A stretch of 24,527 bases of DNA, taken from NCBI GenBank assembly GCA_948801035.1, contig CAQHJP010000001.1, forward strand, positions 1 through 24,527, read 5' to 3'. Within the stretch, counting starts at the first letter, position 1; every line of letters begins with the position of its first letter. The DNA is from an uncultured Bacilli bacterium. GTDB taxonomy: Bacteria > Bacillota_I > Bacilli_A > RF39 > UBA660. The position numbers and the translations under genes are program-made. Positions 17,265-24,527 of this stretch are shown here, one piece after another. The notes under the pieces were generated by a model. It saw only the letters and a list, made by a program, of their open reading frames with translations. It did not search any database and was not told the DNA's origin.

Positions 17265-17633
17265 TTACATTTCTAAATCATCATCTGATTTTTCATTATC
17301 AGAATTTTTTTCTCTAGCTGATGATAAGAATGTTACTCTATCTGCTAATATTTGAGTAATTTTTTTCTTATCTCCAGTTTCAGTTTCATAAGTATTAGTT
17401 TCAACTCTTCCTTTAATACCAACTAAATCACCTTTTTTACAGTATTCAGCAGTATTAGAAGCAACTCCACCCCAAAGAACACAATCCAAAAAATCAGTAT
17501 CATATTCTCCATCTGCATTTTTGTAAGATCTTGGAACAGCTAATGTTATTCTTGATCTTTCTTTGCCATTTTCAGTTGTTTCTACAGTTGGTTCTTGAAC
17601 TAATCTTCCAACACAAAAAACTTGATTCATCAT
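17265..17633 (-). CDS. ssb: Single-stranded DNA-binding protein
   Basis: NQVFCVGRL, DTDFLDCVLWG..A, KKGDLVGIKGR OB-fold signature; acidic tail. Confidence 0.95.
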   Translation of the reverse strand: MMNQVFCVGRLVQEPTVETTENGKERSRITLAVPRSYKNADGEYDTDFLDCVLWGGVASNTAEYCKKGDLVGIKGRVETNTYETETGDKKKITQILADRVTFLSSAREKNSDNEKSDDDLEM

Positions 17634-17745
17634 TTTAAACCTCCTTCATTAAATGTATTTAGTTTATTTATTTAATTCAGCAAACTATAACTGAATTTTC
17701 TCGTACATAAACATCACCTCCCTTAAAGTATTAAAAAATCTAGAT

Positions 17746-17967
17746 TCACTTATTTCTTTCATCGGCATCACATAACTTCATGATTACCTCTTCAATTTTT
17801 TCCCATAAATTATCTAGATATGTATAACATTTTTGATAACTTTTTCGTTCTTTGTTATCAATGTATTCTCCATATTCTTCCATATCAGCTAATACTAGAC
17901 CAATATGTTCTTGAAATTCACTAAGTGCCTCAACTTCTAGTAATTTAATTTCTTCAAGTTTCTTCAC
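17746..17967 (-). CDS. Hypothetical protein (73 aa, GTG start)
   Basis: Overlaps the rep stop; RBS AAGGAGG upstream. Confidence 0.65.
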   Translation of the reverse strand: MKKLEEIKLLEVEALSEFQEHIGLVLADMEEYGEYIDNKERKSYQKCYTYLDNLWEKIEEVIMKLCDADERNK

Positions 17968-18770
17968 AGTTCAAAATCATCCTCCTTATCATCACTATTC
18001 CACCATTCATAATCATCTAATTCAGGATACAACTCATCAGGATAATTATTGAATTTACTTATATTAGATAAAATTGAGTTTTTAAAATAACCAAATCTAT
18101 TTTGAATAGGCATATCATTTTCATCCATATAGTTTCTATCTTTTACTCTATTGATTATGTAATGTGTTATAGTCAATAAATTTTTATAATTATTACCTTC
18201 ATTAAGCAATTCTTGAAATAAATCATCAAAATAAAAAGAACTAACATCATCTTCACTAATATAGTCAAGGTTAATTAGTTCCATTGTTAAAATGTTATGT
18301 TTTTCTTGTTGTATTTTCATTTTATCTAATTTATCTATTTTATTATTATTCTTTAATTCTTCTATCTTTATTTGTTGGTGATTATCCACATCTGGACTAT
18401 CCACTTCTCGTTTATCCAGGGATGGAAAATCAACCTCTGGATAATCCCTCATTTTGAGCCACTTAGGATAAGGTAAATAATAAACTGAATATTTATACTT
18501 ATACAATCCTTTTTCATCTCTTAGCTTGTCTATTTTGACATATTCAGCTTCTTTTAATTCATTCAGAATACTTTTGATTGAAGATCTACCTTCTCTAGCT
18601 ATTGTTACTAGACCATTTATTGAGTAATCCCAGCTCTTAGGTAAACTTAACATTAAAGATAATAATCCTTTTGCTTTTAAAGATAAGTTAGGATCTCTTA
18701 GATGATATGTACTCATTACCGTATATCCAGTAATTCCAAAAATTTGAAAATCTTTTATATTATTATTCAT
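17964..18770 (-). CDS. HTH replication initiator-like protein (phage replisome-organiser type)
   Basis: LRDPNLSLKAKGLLSLMLSLPKSWDYSINGL...LNELKEAEYV winged-HTH N-terminus followed by a repetitive linker. Confidence 0.75.
   Translation of the reverse strand: MNNNIKDFQIFGITGYTVMSTYHLRDPNLSLKAKGLLSLMLSLPKSWDYSINGLVTIAREGRSSIKSILNELKEAEYVKIDKLRDEKGLYKYKYSVYYLPYPKWLKMRDYPEVDFPSLDKREVDSPDVDNHQQIKIEELKNNNKIDKLDKMKIQQEKHNILTMELINLDYISEDDVSSFYFDDLFQELLNEGNNYKNLLTITHYIINRVKDRNYMDENDMPIQNRFGYFKNSILSNISKFNNYPDELYPELDDYEWWNSDDKEDDFEL
18381..18447. repeat. 15-bp tandem degenerate repeats (iteron-like) including DnaA box TTATCCACA
   Basis: attatccacatctgg / actatccacttctcg / tttatccagggatgg / aaaatcaacctctgg / ataatcc; AT-rich tract adjacent at about 18300-18375. 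Confidence 0.6.
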
Positions 18771-18787
18771 CTAATTCCTCCTTCCAT

Positions 18788-18808
18788 AAAAAAAGAGCTA
18801 CTGCTCTT
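18788..18808 (-). terminator. Intrinsic terminator-like hairpin upstream of rep
   Basis: AAGAGC-AGTA-GCTCTT then TTTTT on the minus strand. Confidence 0.6.
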
Positions 18809-19256
18809 CATCCACATATTCTACTTCAACATAATAGTTTATATCTTTATAATCACGATCACTATCATCAGATGGGTGTATTATTTTATCTAACCTAAAA
18901 TACAATTCTTTTATAATATCAGTTAAAACATCCTCATTTGACCAATAATTATATTCATGCAACAACATAGCATACGAATATAGATGCATATCATTATTCC
19001 AAACATGTTTGATTACTTTATTCTTATCAACATACTTAATTGGTTTTAAATTATAATCTCTTCTTGATATTTCAAAAGTAGAATCACAATATGTTACTCC
19101 TTCAGAAAGACAAAATAACCAATCAATAAGTTCATTTACTTCTTTGCTTGTACTATCAAATTCTTGCATAAGATAAGACATTCTATTTATGAATATAATT
19201 CTTTTTTTGTTTGATTTATCTATTTTACCTTTAGAATAATCAAAATATCTTTCCAT
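18798..19256 (-). CDS. Hypothetical protein (152 aa)
   Basis: Likely start ATG 19256 after GAGGTG; TATAAT and palindrome AAAGTTAACTTT upstream. Confidence 0.75.
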   Translation of the reverse strand: MERYFDYSKGKIDKSNKKRIIFINRMSYLMQEFDSTSKEVNELIDWLFCLSEGVTYCDSTFEISRRDYNLKPIKYVDKNKVIKHVWNNDMHLYSYAMLLHEYNYWSNEDVLTDIIKELYFRLDKIIHPSDDSDRDYKDINYYVEVEYVDEEQ

Positions 19257-19313
19257 AATACACCTCTTTACATTCAATTATATTTTATAAAGTTAACTTT
19301 TTGAAAAGTATTA

Positions 19314-19634
19314 CTATTTCATAATATCTTCAATTTTAAGTGGCAATTCACATGTTATCTTTAAATCGTATTTTTCTTCTAATATTTTCTTTATTTCATT
19401 CAAATCAATATCTTCTATATCTAATTCTACTAATCTTTCTAAAGCTGATACAATAGTTAAAGAAAATTTTTCATCCCAAAGTGCATTATACTGATAAGCA
19501 TTTGATATATAAAATGCAATATATTCTTTTGCAAAATCAATTAGATAGTCCTTTATCATTTTATCAAATGGCATGATGATTGATTCAAACTCTTCATCAG
19601 ACATATTTTTTAAATCAGTTGCTTTTCTTATCAT
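19314..19634 (-). CDS. Hypothetical protein (106 aa)
   Basis: ORF with RBS GGAGGA. Confidence 0.75.
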   Translation of the reverse strand: MIRKATDLKNMSDEEFESIIMPFDKMIKDYLIDFAKEYIAFYISNAYQYNALWDEKFSLTIVSALERLVELDIEDIDLNEIKKILEEKYDLKITCELPLKIEDIMK

Positions 19635-19694
19635 ACTATTTCCTCCAATTAAAAGAATAACCCTTTATAAGAAAAAATAATAATGTGCAATTTT

Positions 19695-20306
19695 TTAATT
19701 ATCTAATTCAAATATGATAACTATTTGTTTATTTGTACCATGCCTACAAGTAATAAGAGTTAATGCTTTCTTATTCTTATTTCTTATTATTTCTGCTTTA
19801 CCAGTTTTATTAATATCATAAATATCTACCACTTTATAAGAATAAGTATTTCCGTGATAAACTAAAAATGCTTCATCACCTATAGATATTTGATCTAGTT
19901 TTCTAAAATAAGATGTTCTAGCACTACCAGAATGTCCTGCAATAATAACATTTCCGTTATCTTCATCAGGCATTGAAGTACCTTTTACAAATTCTAAATT
20001 ATAATTAACATTATTTAAATAACTATTTGGATCTACAAGACCTCTTTCTAAACTAATTTTAGGTATTTTAAGTACAGCAACATAATTTACTTTAACTTGC
20101 TCTTTCACTTCTTCCTTTTTGGGAGTATCTACAGTAGATTCAACGATTATTTCTTCTTGATAAAATTCTTCTAAAGCTTTTTGTTCTTCGTTATTTATTG
20201 TCTTATTAGATATATAATCATAAGTAACTAATCCCATTCCTACTAAAAATAGTAAAGAGCCAGTTAATAAAAACCAGCTCTTATTTTTTCTTTTTTTTGC
20301 TTCCAT
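19695..20306 (-). CDS. Sortase
   Basis: N-terminal TM, LKIPKI, GNVIIAGHSG, LTLITC; likely start 20306. Confidence 0.9.
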   Translation of the reverse strand: MEAKKRKNKSWFLLTGSLLFLVGMGLVTYDYISNKTINNEEQKALEEFYQEEIIVESTVDTPKKEEVKEQVKVNYVAVLKIPKISLERGLVDPNSYLNNVNYNLEFVKGTSMPDEDNGNVIIAGHSGSARTSYFRKLDQISIGDEAFLVYHGNTYSYKVVDIYDINKTGKAEIIRNKNKKALTLITCRHGTNKQIVIIFELDN

Positions 20307-23061
20307 AAATGATAACACCTGCTCCTGCTAATATCAATGTAATTCCACTAATAATTAATTCGTGATAATCATTCTTTTCAGTATTTGGAACTTCCACTAT
20401 TTGATGATCCTTCATAACTGATTTAATAACTTCACCATCTTCTTTAATTTCAAAATACATCTTATCTGGATTTATTTCATATCCTTCTGGAGCTTCTTTT
20501 TCTAAAATATAATACTTTCCATATTTTAATTCTTGGATAATAATCATACCATGTTCATCAGTTCTACCTGAAAATACTAATTCATTTGTTTCAGCATTAT
20601 AAATTTCTATTAAAGTATTAGGCAGTGGATTATCATTTGAAAAATCTAATTTTGTAAATTCTAATGTTCCAGTAATATCCTCATCTTTCATAGTTGATTT
20701 AATTATCTCTCCATTTTCTTTAATTTCAAAATACATTTTTTCCTCATTGATTTTGTATCCTTCTGGAGCTTCTTTTTCTAAAATGTAATACTTTCCTTGT
20801 GGAAGTCTTTCAATTTTAATTTTACCATGCTCATCAGTTCTACCTGAAAATACTAATTTATCATCATTTGTATAAATTTCTATTAAAGTATTTGGTAATG
20901 CTTTAGATTCTGAAAAATCAGTTTTTGTAAACTCTAATCCTCCAGTTTTTAAGATATTTAAAATTGCTTTTGAATATACAACAACTGGTGTATATTGATC
21001 TTTATATAGGAGTTCGACTTCATGTTTAGTTTCATCTAATACATAATTATCTAATGTACTAATTTCTTGAATGTAATATTTTCCTAAATATAAATTATCA
21101 AAAGAAATATTTCCATCTTTATCAGTTAATTTTTCACAAATTTTAGTTTCTTTGGTATATATAATTTTATCATTCCAAACAATATCTTCTGATGCATATA
21201 ATCCAAAAAGAACTCCCTCTAATGAACTATTTTTAAAAACAAAACCTTTATCAGTTAGTTCTGCTATTTCCCCAGTTTTCTTAATTTCAATTTTACCTTT
21301 TACTGGTTGATTTTCAAAAACGGTATCAAAAATAATTCCATATTCTGAATCGGTTCTTAACTGTGAATTTTCATCAATAGTAAATTCATGTGATACTTTA
21401 TTCCATAAATATCCATCTACAACTTGATCAATTTCTTCAAGTCTATAAGTACCTGGCATTAAAGCATAAGGTGTTGTAAATTCACCTTCTGAATCAGTTT
21501 CAAACTCACAATAAGTTACTTTGTTAGGATATGTAACAGTTTGGCAAACATATTCATTATTTTTTACATCAAATATTTTGAATTTAATATTTGCTCTTTT
21601 AATAATTTCTTTACTTTCAGAATCAATTTTAACGACTCTTAATTTAGCTGTAATTGGTGCATTAGAAATAACCTTTTTTACAACATCCCCCACATTTTTA
21701 ACTTCAATTTTAAAATCTTCTATTTTTTCATGTCCTTTTGTTGCAGTTAATTGTTTCACAGTATAAGTTCCATAAGGTAAATTGAATCTAAATACTCCTT
21801 GTGAATCAGTAGTAACTTCTTTTACTAGTTCGTTTTTATTATTATAAACACCAAATTTAACTCCAACTTCTGGTGTCATTATTCCAGTTTCATCACTTGC
21901 ATATACTTTTGTAAATTCAAAATCTAATCTTATTACTTGTTCAAATACTTTTACTACAGGATTTAAATTATCTTCGGTAATCTCAAAATAGTATTTTGTA
22001 CTATCTAATAAATATCCCTCAGATGGCTTTTCCTCTAATAAATAGAATCTACCTAATGTTGGTAGGTAATCTGATGTATTTCTTCCATCAAAATTAGTTG
22101 TAACAGATCCAACTTTAGTACCATCTTCTTTATATATACCATAAATTGCTCCACCTAAAGTTGCCTCTCCCTGTGCTTCATTTTTTCTTGTTTCCATATC
22201 AGTTTTTTCTGGGGTTACTCTTCCTCCAATAACTTTTAAAGTAAAATTACTATATACTGGATCATAGTTTCCTACCCTCATAACATTTTGTGAATGGTCA
22301 GAGAAATAAACAATTGGTGGGATTTCATACTTAGTTGCTTTTTTTTCAAAAGTAACAGTACCATTTCCAATACTATTAGCAGTAACTGATAATTGGTTAC
22401 CATTAATAGAAGCTGTTACATTTGATGTACTAGATATTCTATATTGACTTAATACATTATTTGTATCCGATAAATTAATTGTATTTCCAATAGGCAATAC
22501 AACTCCACTTTCTAAACTTGGTGTTTTAAAATGTTCTGAAAGTAATCTTTCCATTTCAGCAATCTCACCATCAAATTTAGATGTTCTATTCCCATTTAAT
22601 GTATCAGTAAAATATATATCTGATTCAGGATTAGTTGTTCTCCAAATCATAACTTGGGTAATTGCATACCACTTTTGAGCAGAATGATCTACTCCATTAT
22701 CATTATATTGATATCCATAATATGCTAATAAAGATATTCTTTCCCATTGTGCTTCAGTAAATCCTAGCACTCTTTCATAATCTTCTCTTATAACATCATA
22801 ATATGGCAAATTGTTATCAATATCAGTATATGGTTGAAGACAATATACAAACTGATTATCTTCACTTCGTCTAATAAATTGTGCCTGTTTATAGGCTGTG
22901 TATCCATTAGGCTTTACCTTTTTTAAATAAATATTACTAATATGTTCACTTGGCCATATTGCTTGACCTGTGTACTTTTCAGCATGTACTGTTTGTGCAG
23001 TACAAATTGTCAATAAAAAAAGTATGCCCATTGTAGCACACTTTAAAATTTTTGATTTCAT
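20281..23061 (-). CDS. Cell-surface adhesin: thioester (TED/TQXA) domain plus SpaA/CnaB isopeptide repeats, sortase-anchored
   Basis: Signal peptide; VYCLQP and TQVMIW motifs; repeated G.Y...E..AP.GY domains; C-terminal VPNTE-TM-KKKKK. Confidence 0.88.
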   Translation of the reverse strand: MKSKILKCATMGILFLLTICTAQTVHAEKYTGQAIWPSEHISNIYLKKVKPNGYTAYKQAQFIRRSEDNQFVYCLQPYTDIDNNLPYYDVIREDYERVLGFTEAQWERISLLAYYGYQYNDNGVDHSAQKWYAITQVMIWRTTNPESDIYFTDTLNGNRTSKFDGEIAEMERLLSEHFKTPSLESGVVLPIGNTINLSDTNNVLSQYRISSTSNVTASINGNQLSVTANSIGNGTVTFEKKATKYEIPPIVYFSDHSQNVMRVGNYDPVYSNFTLKVIGGRVTPEKTDMETRKNEAQGEATLGGAIYGIYKEDGTKVGSVTTNFDGRNTSDYLPTLGRFYLLEEKPSEGYLLDSTKYYFEITEDNLNPVVKVFEQVIRLDFEFTKVYASDETGIMTPEVGVKFGVYNNKNELVKEVTTDSQGVFRFNLPYGTYTVKQLTATKGHEKIEDFKIEVKNVGDVVKKVISNAPITAKLRVVKIDSESKEIIKRANIKFKIFDVKNNEYVCQTVTYPNKVTYCEFETDSEGEFTTPYALMPGTYRLEEIDQVVDGYLWNKVSHEFTIDENSQLRTDSEYGIIFDTVFENQPVKGKIEIKKTGEIAELTDKGFVFKNSSLEGVLFGLYASEDIVWNDKIIYTKETKICEKLTDKDGNISFDNLYLGKYYIQEISTLDNYVLDETKHEVELLYKDQYTPVVVYSKAILNILKTGGLEFTKTDFSESKALPNTLIEIYTNDDKLVFSGRTDEHGKIKIERLPQGKYYILEKEAPEGYKINEEKMYFEIKENGEIIKSTMKDEDITGTLEFTKLDFSNDNPLPNTLIEIYNAETNELVFSGRTDEHGMIIIQELKYGKYYILEKEAPEGYEINPDKMYFEIKEDGEVIKSVMKDHQIVEVPNTEKNDYHELIISGITLILAGAGVIIYGSKKKKK
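20407..20937 (-). repeat. Tandem duplication of a SpaA-type domain within the adhesin (20683-20937 and 20407-20664)
   Basis: LEFTK.DFS...LPNTLIEIY...LVFSGRTDEHG...GKYYILEKEAPEGY...KMYFEIKE.GE.IKS.MKD occurs twice, also similar at DNA level. Confidence 0.85.
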
Positions 23062-23077
23062 ATTAATTTCCTTTCCT

Positions 23078-23695
23078 TTATTTTGTTCTGAGCATATCTC
23101 CTAAATAATCCCCAGAATAACTATTAATTGTTGTACAAGAAAAACTTAATATATTTTCTAACTTTCCTCCAGCATCAATACAAGCTTGATGTGTTTGCTC
23201 AAAACTTCCATAATCATTAATAGAAAAATCTATTCTTGCCCATGACCACATTGGTTTATGATAGTAATCATATTCACTTAGACCTAAACTTTCCCATACT
23301 GAAATTTCTTTTTTTACTGGTTCTTGCTTAGCTTGTGATTCTATGGGAGATTCAGTTTTTGGTTTTTCTATTATTTGTTCTTGTTTTTCTTCTACTTTTA
23401 ATCCATTATTTATGACATCAGAGTTACTAACACTATTGCTCTCCATATCATTCTTATGAATGTTACTGTCAATAATGCTAATATTTTTATCACTAATATC
23501 ATTACTCTCAATAACTTCTGTAATAGGTTCATCCTTTACTTCCTCCAAACTTTTCTTTTCTTTATTTATACTTGAATTATCTTTGTTTTTGTAGGATACT
23601 TCATATTTGTTATTTTTGTTACAAAAAGCATTAAAACTCATAGCCCCACCTATTAAAGATAATAAAACAAATGTGCATAATATTATTTTTTTCAT
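23078..23695 (-). CDS. Secreted/membrane-anchored hypothetical protein (205 aa)
   Basis: N-terminal hydrophobic signal, low-complexity linker, small C-terminal domain with two Cys. Confidence 0.8.
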   Translation of the reverse strand: MKKIILCTFVLLSLIGGAMSFNAFCNKNNKYEVSYKNKDNSSINKEKKSLEEVKDEPITEVIESNDISDKNISIIDSNIHKNDMESNSVSNSDVINNGLKVEEKQEQIIEKPKTESPIESQAKQEPVKKEISVWESLGLSEYDYYHKPMWSWARIDFSINDYGSFEQTHQACIDAGGKLENILSFSCTTINSYSGDYLGDMLRTK

Positions 23696-23750
23696 TCCTT
23701 TTCACCTCTTACATTAATTATAAATAAAGTAAATTAGTTATTCTAGGGTG

Positions 23751-24527
23751 CTAAATTTCTAAATCATTTGAATCACCCCTTTCTAATGCCAATGTTTTAG
23801 AATAGTTTTCTATTGCTTTAATAATAAATTCTTCTATTTTATAATCCTTTAGATCTTTAGGTAGGACTTTTCTAATTCTTTCTTCATTAAAACTAATTCT
23901 TTTTTCTTGATTAGGTTTTGGTTCTAAAAAAATAGATTCCAATGTATCGGAATCCAATTTGTTATCTTCACTCAATTTTCTAATCTGTTTAGCTTGTTTA
24001 TGAGATGGTGTAATATCTTCATAAGTTATTTCTTCATATACCATCTCTTGTTCATCCTTTGATAAATATGAAAGTTCAACAGCAGGTCTTAATCCCATCG
24101 TTAAAGCAGATCTTTTATCTTTCAAAACCGTATCATCTACTAACTGAAGCAATTCGGGGATTAAATAATTTAATCTAACATATCTATATACTTGTGTTTT
24201 TGATTCATTAATTTCATCTACAGAATTTGACTTCGTTCCCATTGGGGACAAAGTTTTACCTTGATGATTCATAGCATCTAATTTCATTTTATATGCTAGT
24301 GCTTTTTCACTTGGTAGGATTTTATCTCTTTGTAGATTTGAATCTACCATCATAATAATTGCTTCATCATCTGTTAAATCCTTCACTATACATGGAATCT
24401 CTTTTAGTCCACTCTCTTCACAAATTTGCTTTCTTCTATGACCAGATATCATCTCATAAGTCCCATCATTTTTCTTACGAACTATTGCAGGAACTAAAAC
24501 ACCATTTTCTTGAATACTATCTTTTAA
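23751..24527 (-). CDS. parB: ParB/RepB/Spo0J family partition protein, 5' end outside window
   Basis: Frame open to the edge: LKDSIQENGVLVPAIVR...YEMISGHRR...MVDSNLQR..ILPSEKALAY. Confidence 0.93.
   Translation of the reverse strand, partial: LKDSIQENGVLVPAIVRKKNDGTYEMISGHRRKQICEESGLKEIPCIVKDLTDDEAIIMMVDSNLQRDKILPSEKALAYKMKLDAMNHQGKTLSPMGTKSNSVDEINESKTQVYRYVRLNYLIPELLQLVDDTVLKDKRSALTMGLRPAVELSYLSKDEQEMVYEEITYEDITPSHKQAKQIRKLSEDNKLDSDTLESIFLEPKPNQEKRISFNEERIRKVLPKDLKDYKIEEFIIKAIENYSKTLALERGDSNDLEI

Larger units (their letters stand above)
1..24527 (-). mobile_element. Internal part of a conjugative element (ICE or conjugative plasmid) of a low-GC Gram-positive host
   Basis: Co-oriented relaxase, VirD4, VirB4, VirB6/VirB2-like, M23 hydrolase, SSB, Rep-like, ParB and adhesin/sortase genes; no housekeeping genes; ends and integrase not in window. 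Confidence 0.93.

Noticed and set aside
19308..19319. GTATT-AC-TATTT resembling the leading cassette site
   Set aside because: Two mismatches, explained by the AAA TAG TAA stop codons of ORF 19314-19634; no partner site at neighbouring junctions
4614..21766. Plus-strand ORFs in the track (4614, 8262, 8685, 10447, 11496, 16013, 18702, 21521)
   Set aside because: They are antisense shadows of well-supported minus-strand genes, with F/L/I/S-rich composition and no recognisable motifs
23703..23722. Similarity between the upstream regions at 23703 and 19261 (CACCTCTT..ACATT..AATTATA)
   Set aside because: Explained by a generic TATAAT plus GAGGTG RBS arrangement; too short to call a repeat
1..24527. 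Mycoplasma-type genetic code 4, or prophage identity
   Set aside because: TGA acts as stop in overlapping gene pairs (4759, 5787, 17964) and long ORFs are intact in code 11; no phage structural genes are present

Overview
An AT-rich segment from a Bacillota/Bacilli-type host (standard code: TGA is used as stop). It is part of a conjugative element (ICE or plasmid; no integrase or element ends are visible), and all substantial genes lie on the minus strand. In transcription order (right to left): partial ParB, a secreted hypothetical protein, a thioester-domain SpaA-type adhesin plus sortase, two hypotheticals, an HTH replication initiator with intragenic iteron-like repeats, a small hypothetical, SSB, a minimal T4SS (VirB2-, VirB6-, VirB3/PrgI-like, VirB4), a two-gene insert (CPBP protease, XRE regulator), an M23 peptidase, a candidate oriT, two RHH proteins, a MobL/MobP2-type relaxase, a block of small acidic proteins and VirD4. 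A cargo array of five or more genes then runs off the left edge. Highlights: (1) both cargo blocks look like integron-like cassette arrays, with a promoter, a shared leading site AAATTACTATTT, and genes each bounded by a 12-bp 5-2-5 palindrome AAATT-NN-AATTT; the left array is rich in orphan immunity-like genes. (2) An acidic protein aligns by eye with the T7 Ocr DNA mimic. (3) A promoter-terminator unit would make an RNA of about 120 nt antisense to the RBS and 5' end of a cold-shock-protein gene fragment. (4) Soluble element proteins share an acidic C-terminal E-[LIMV] tail, a possible T4SS export signal. All family calls come from motif recognition by eye, not from database searches.
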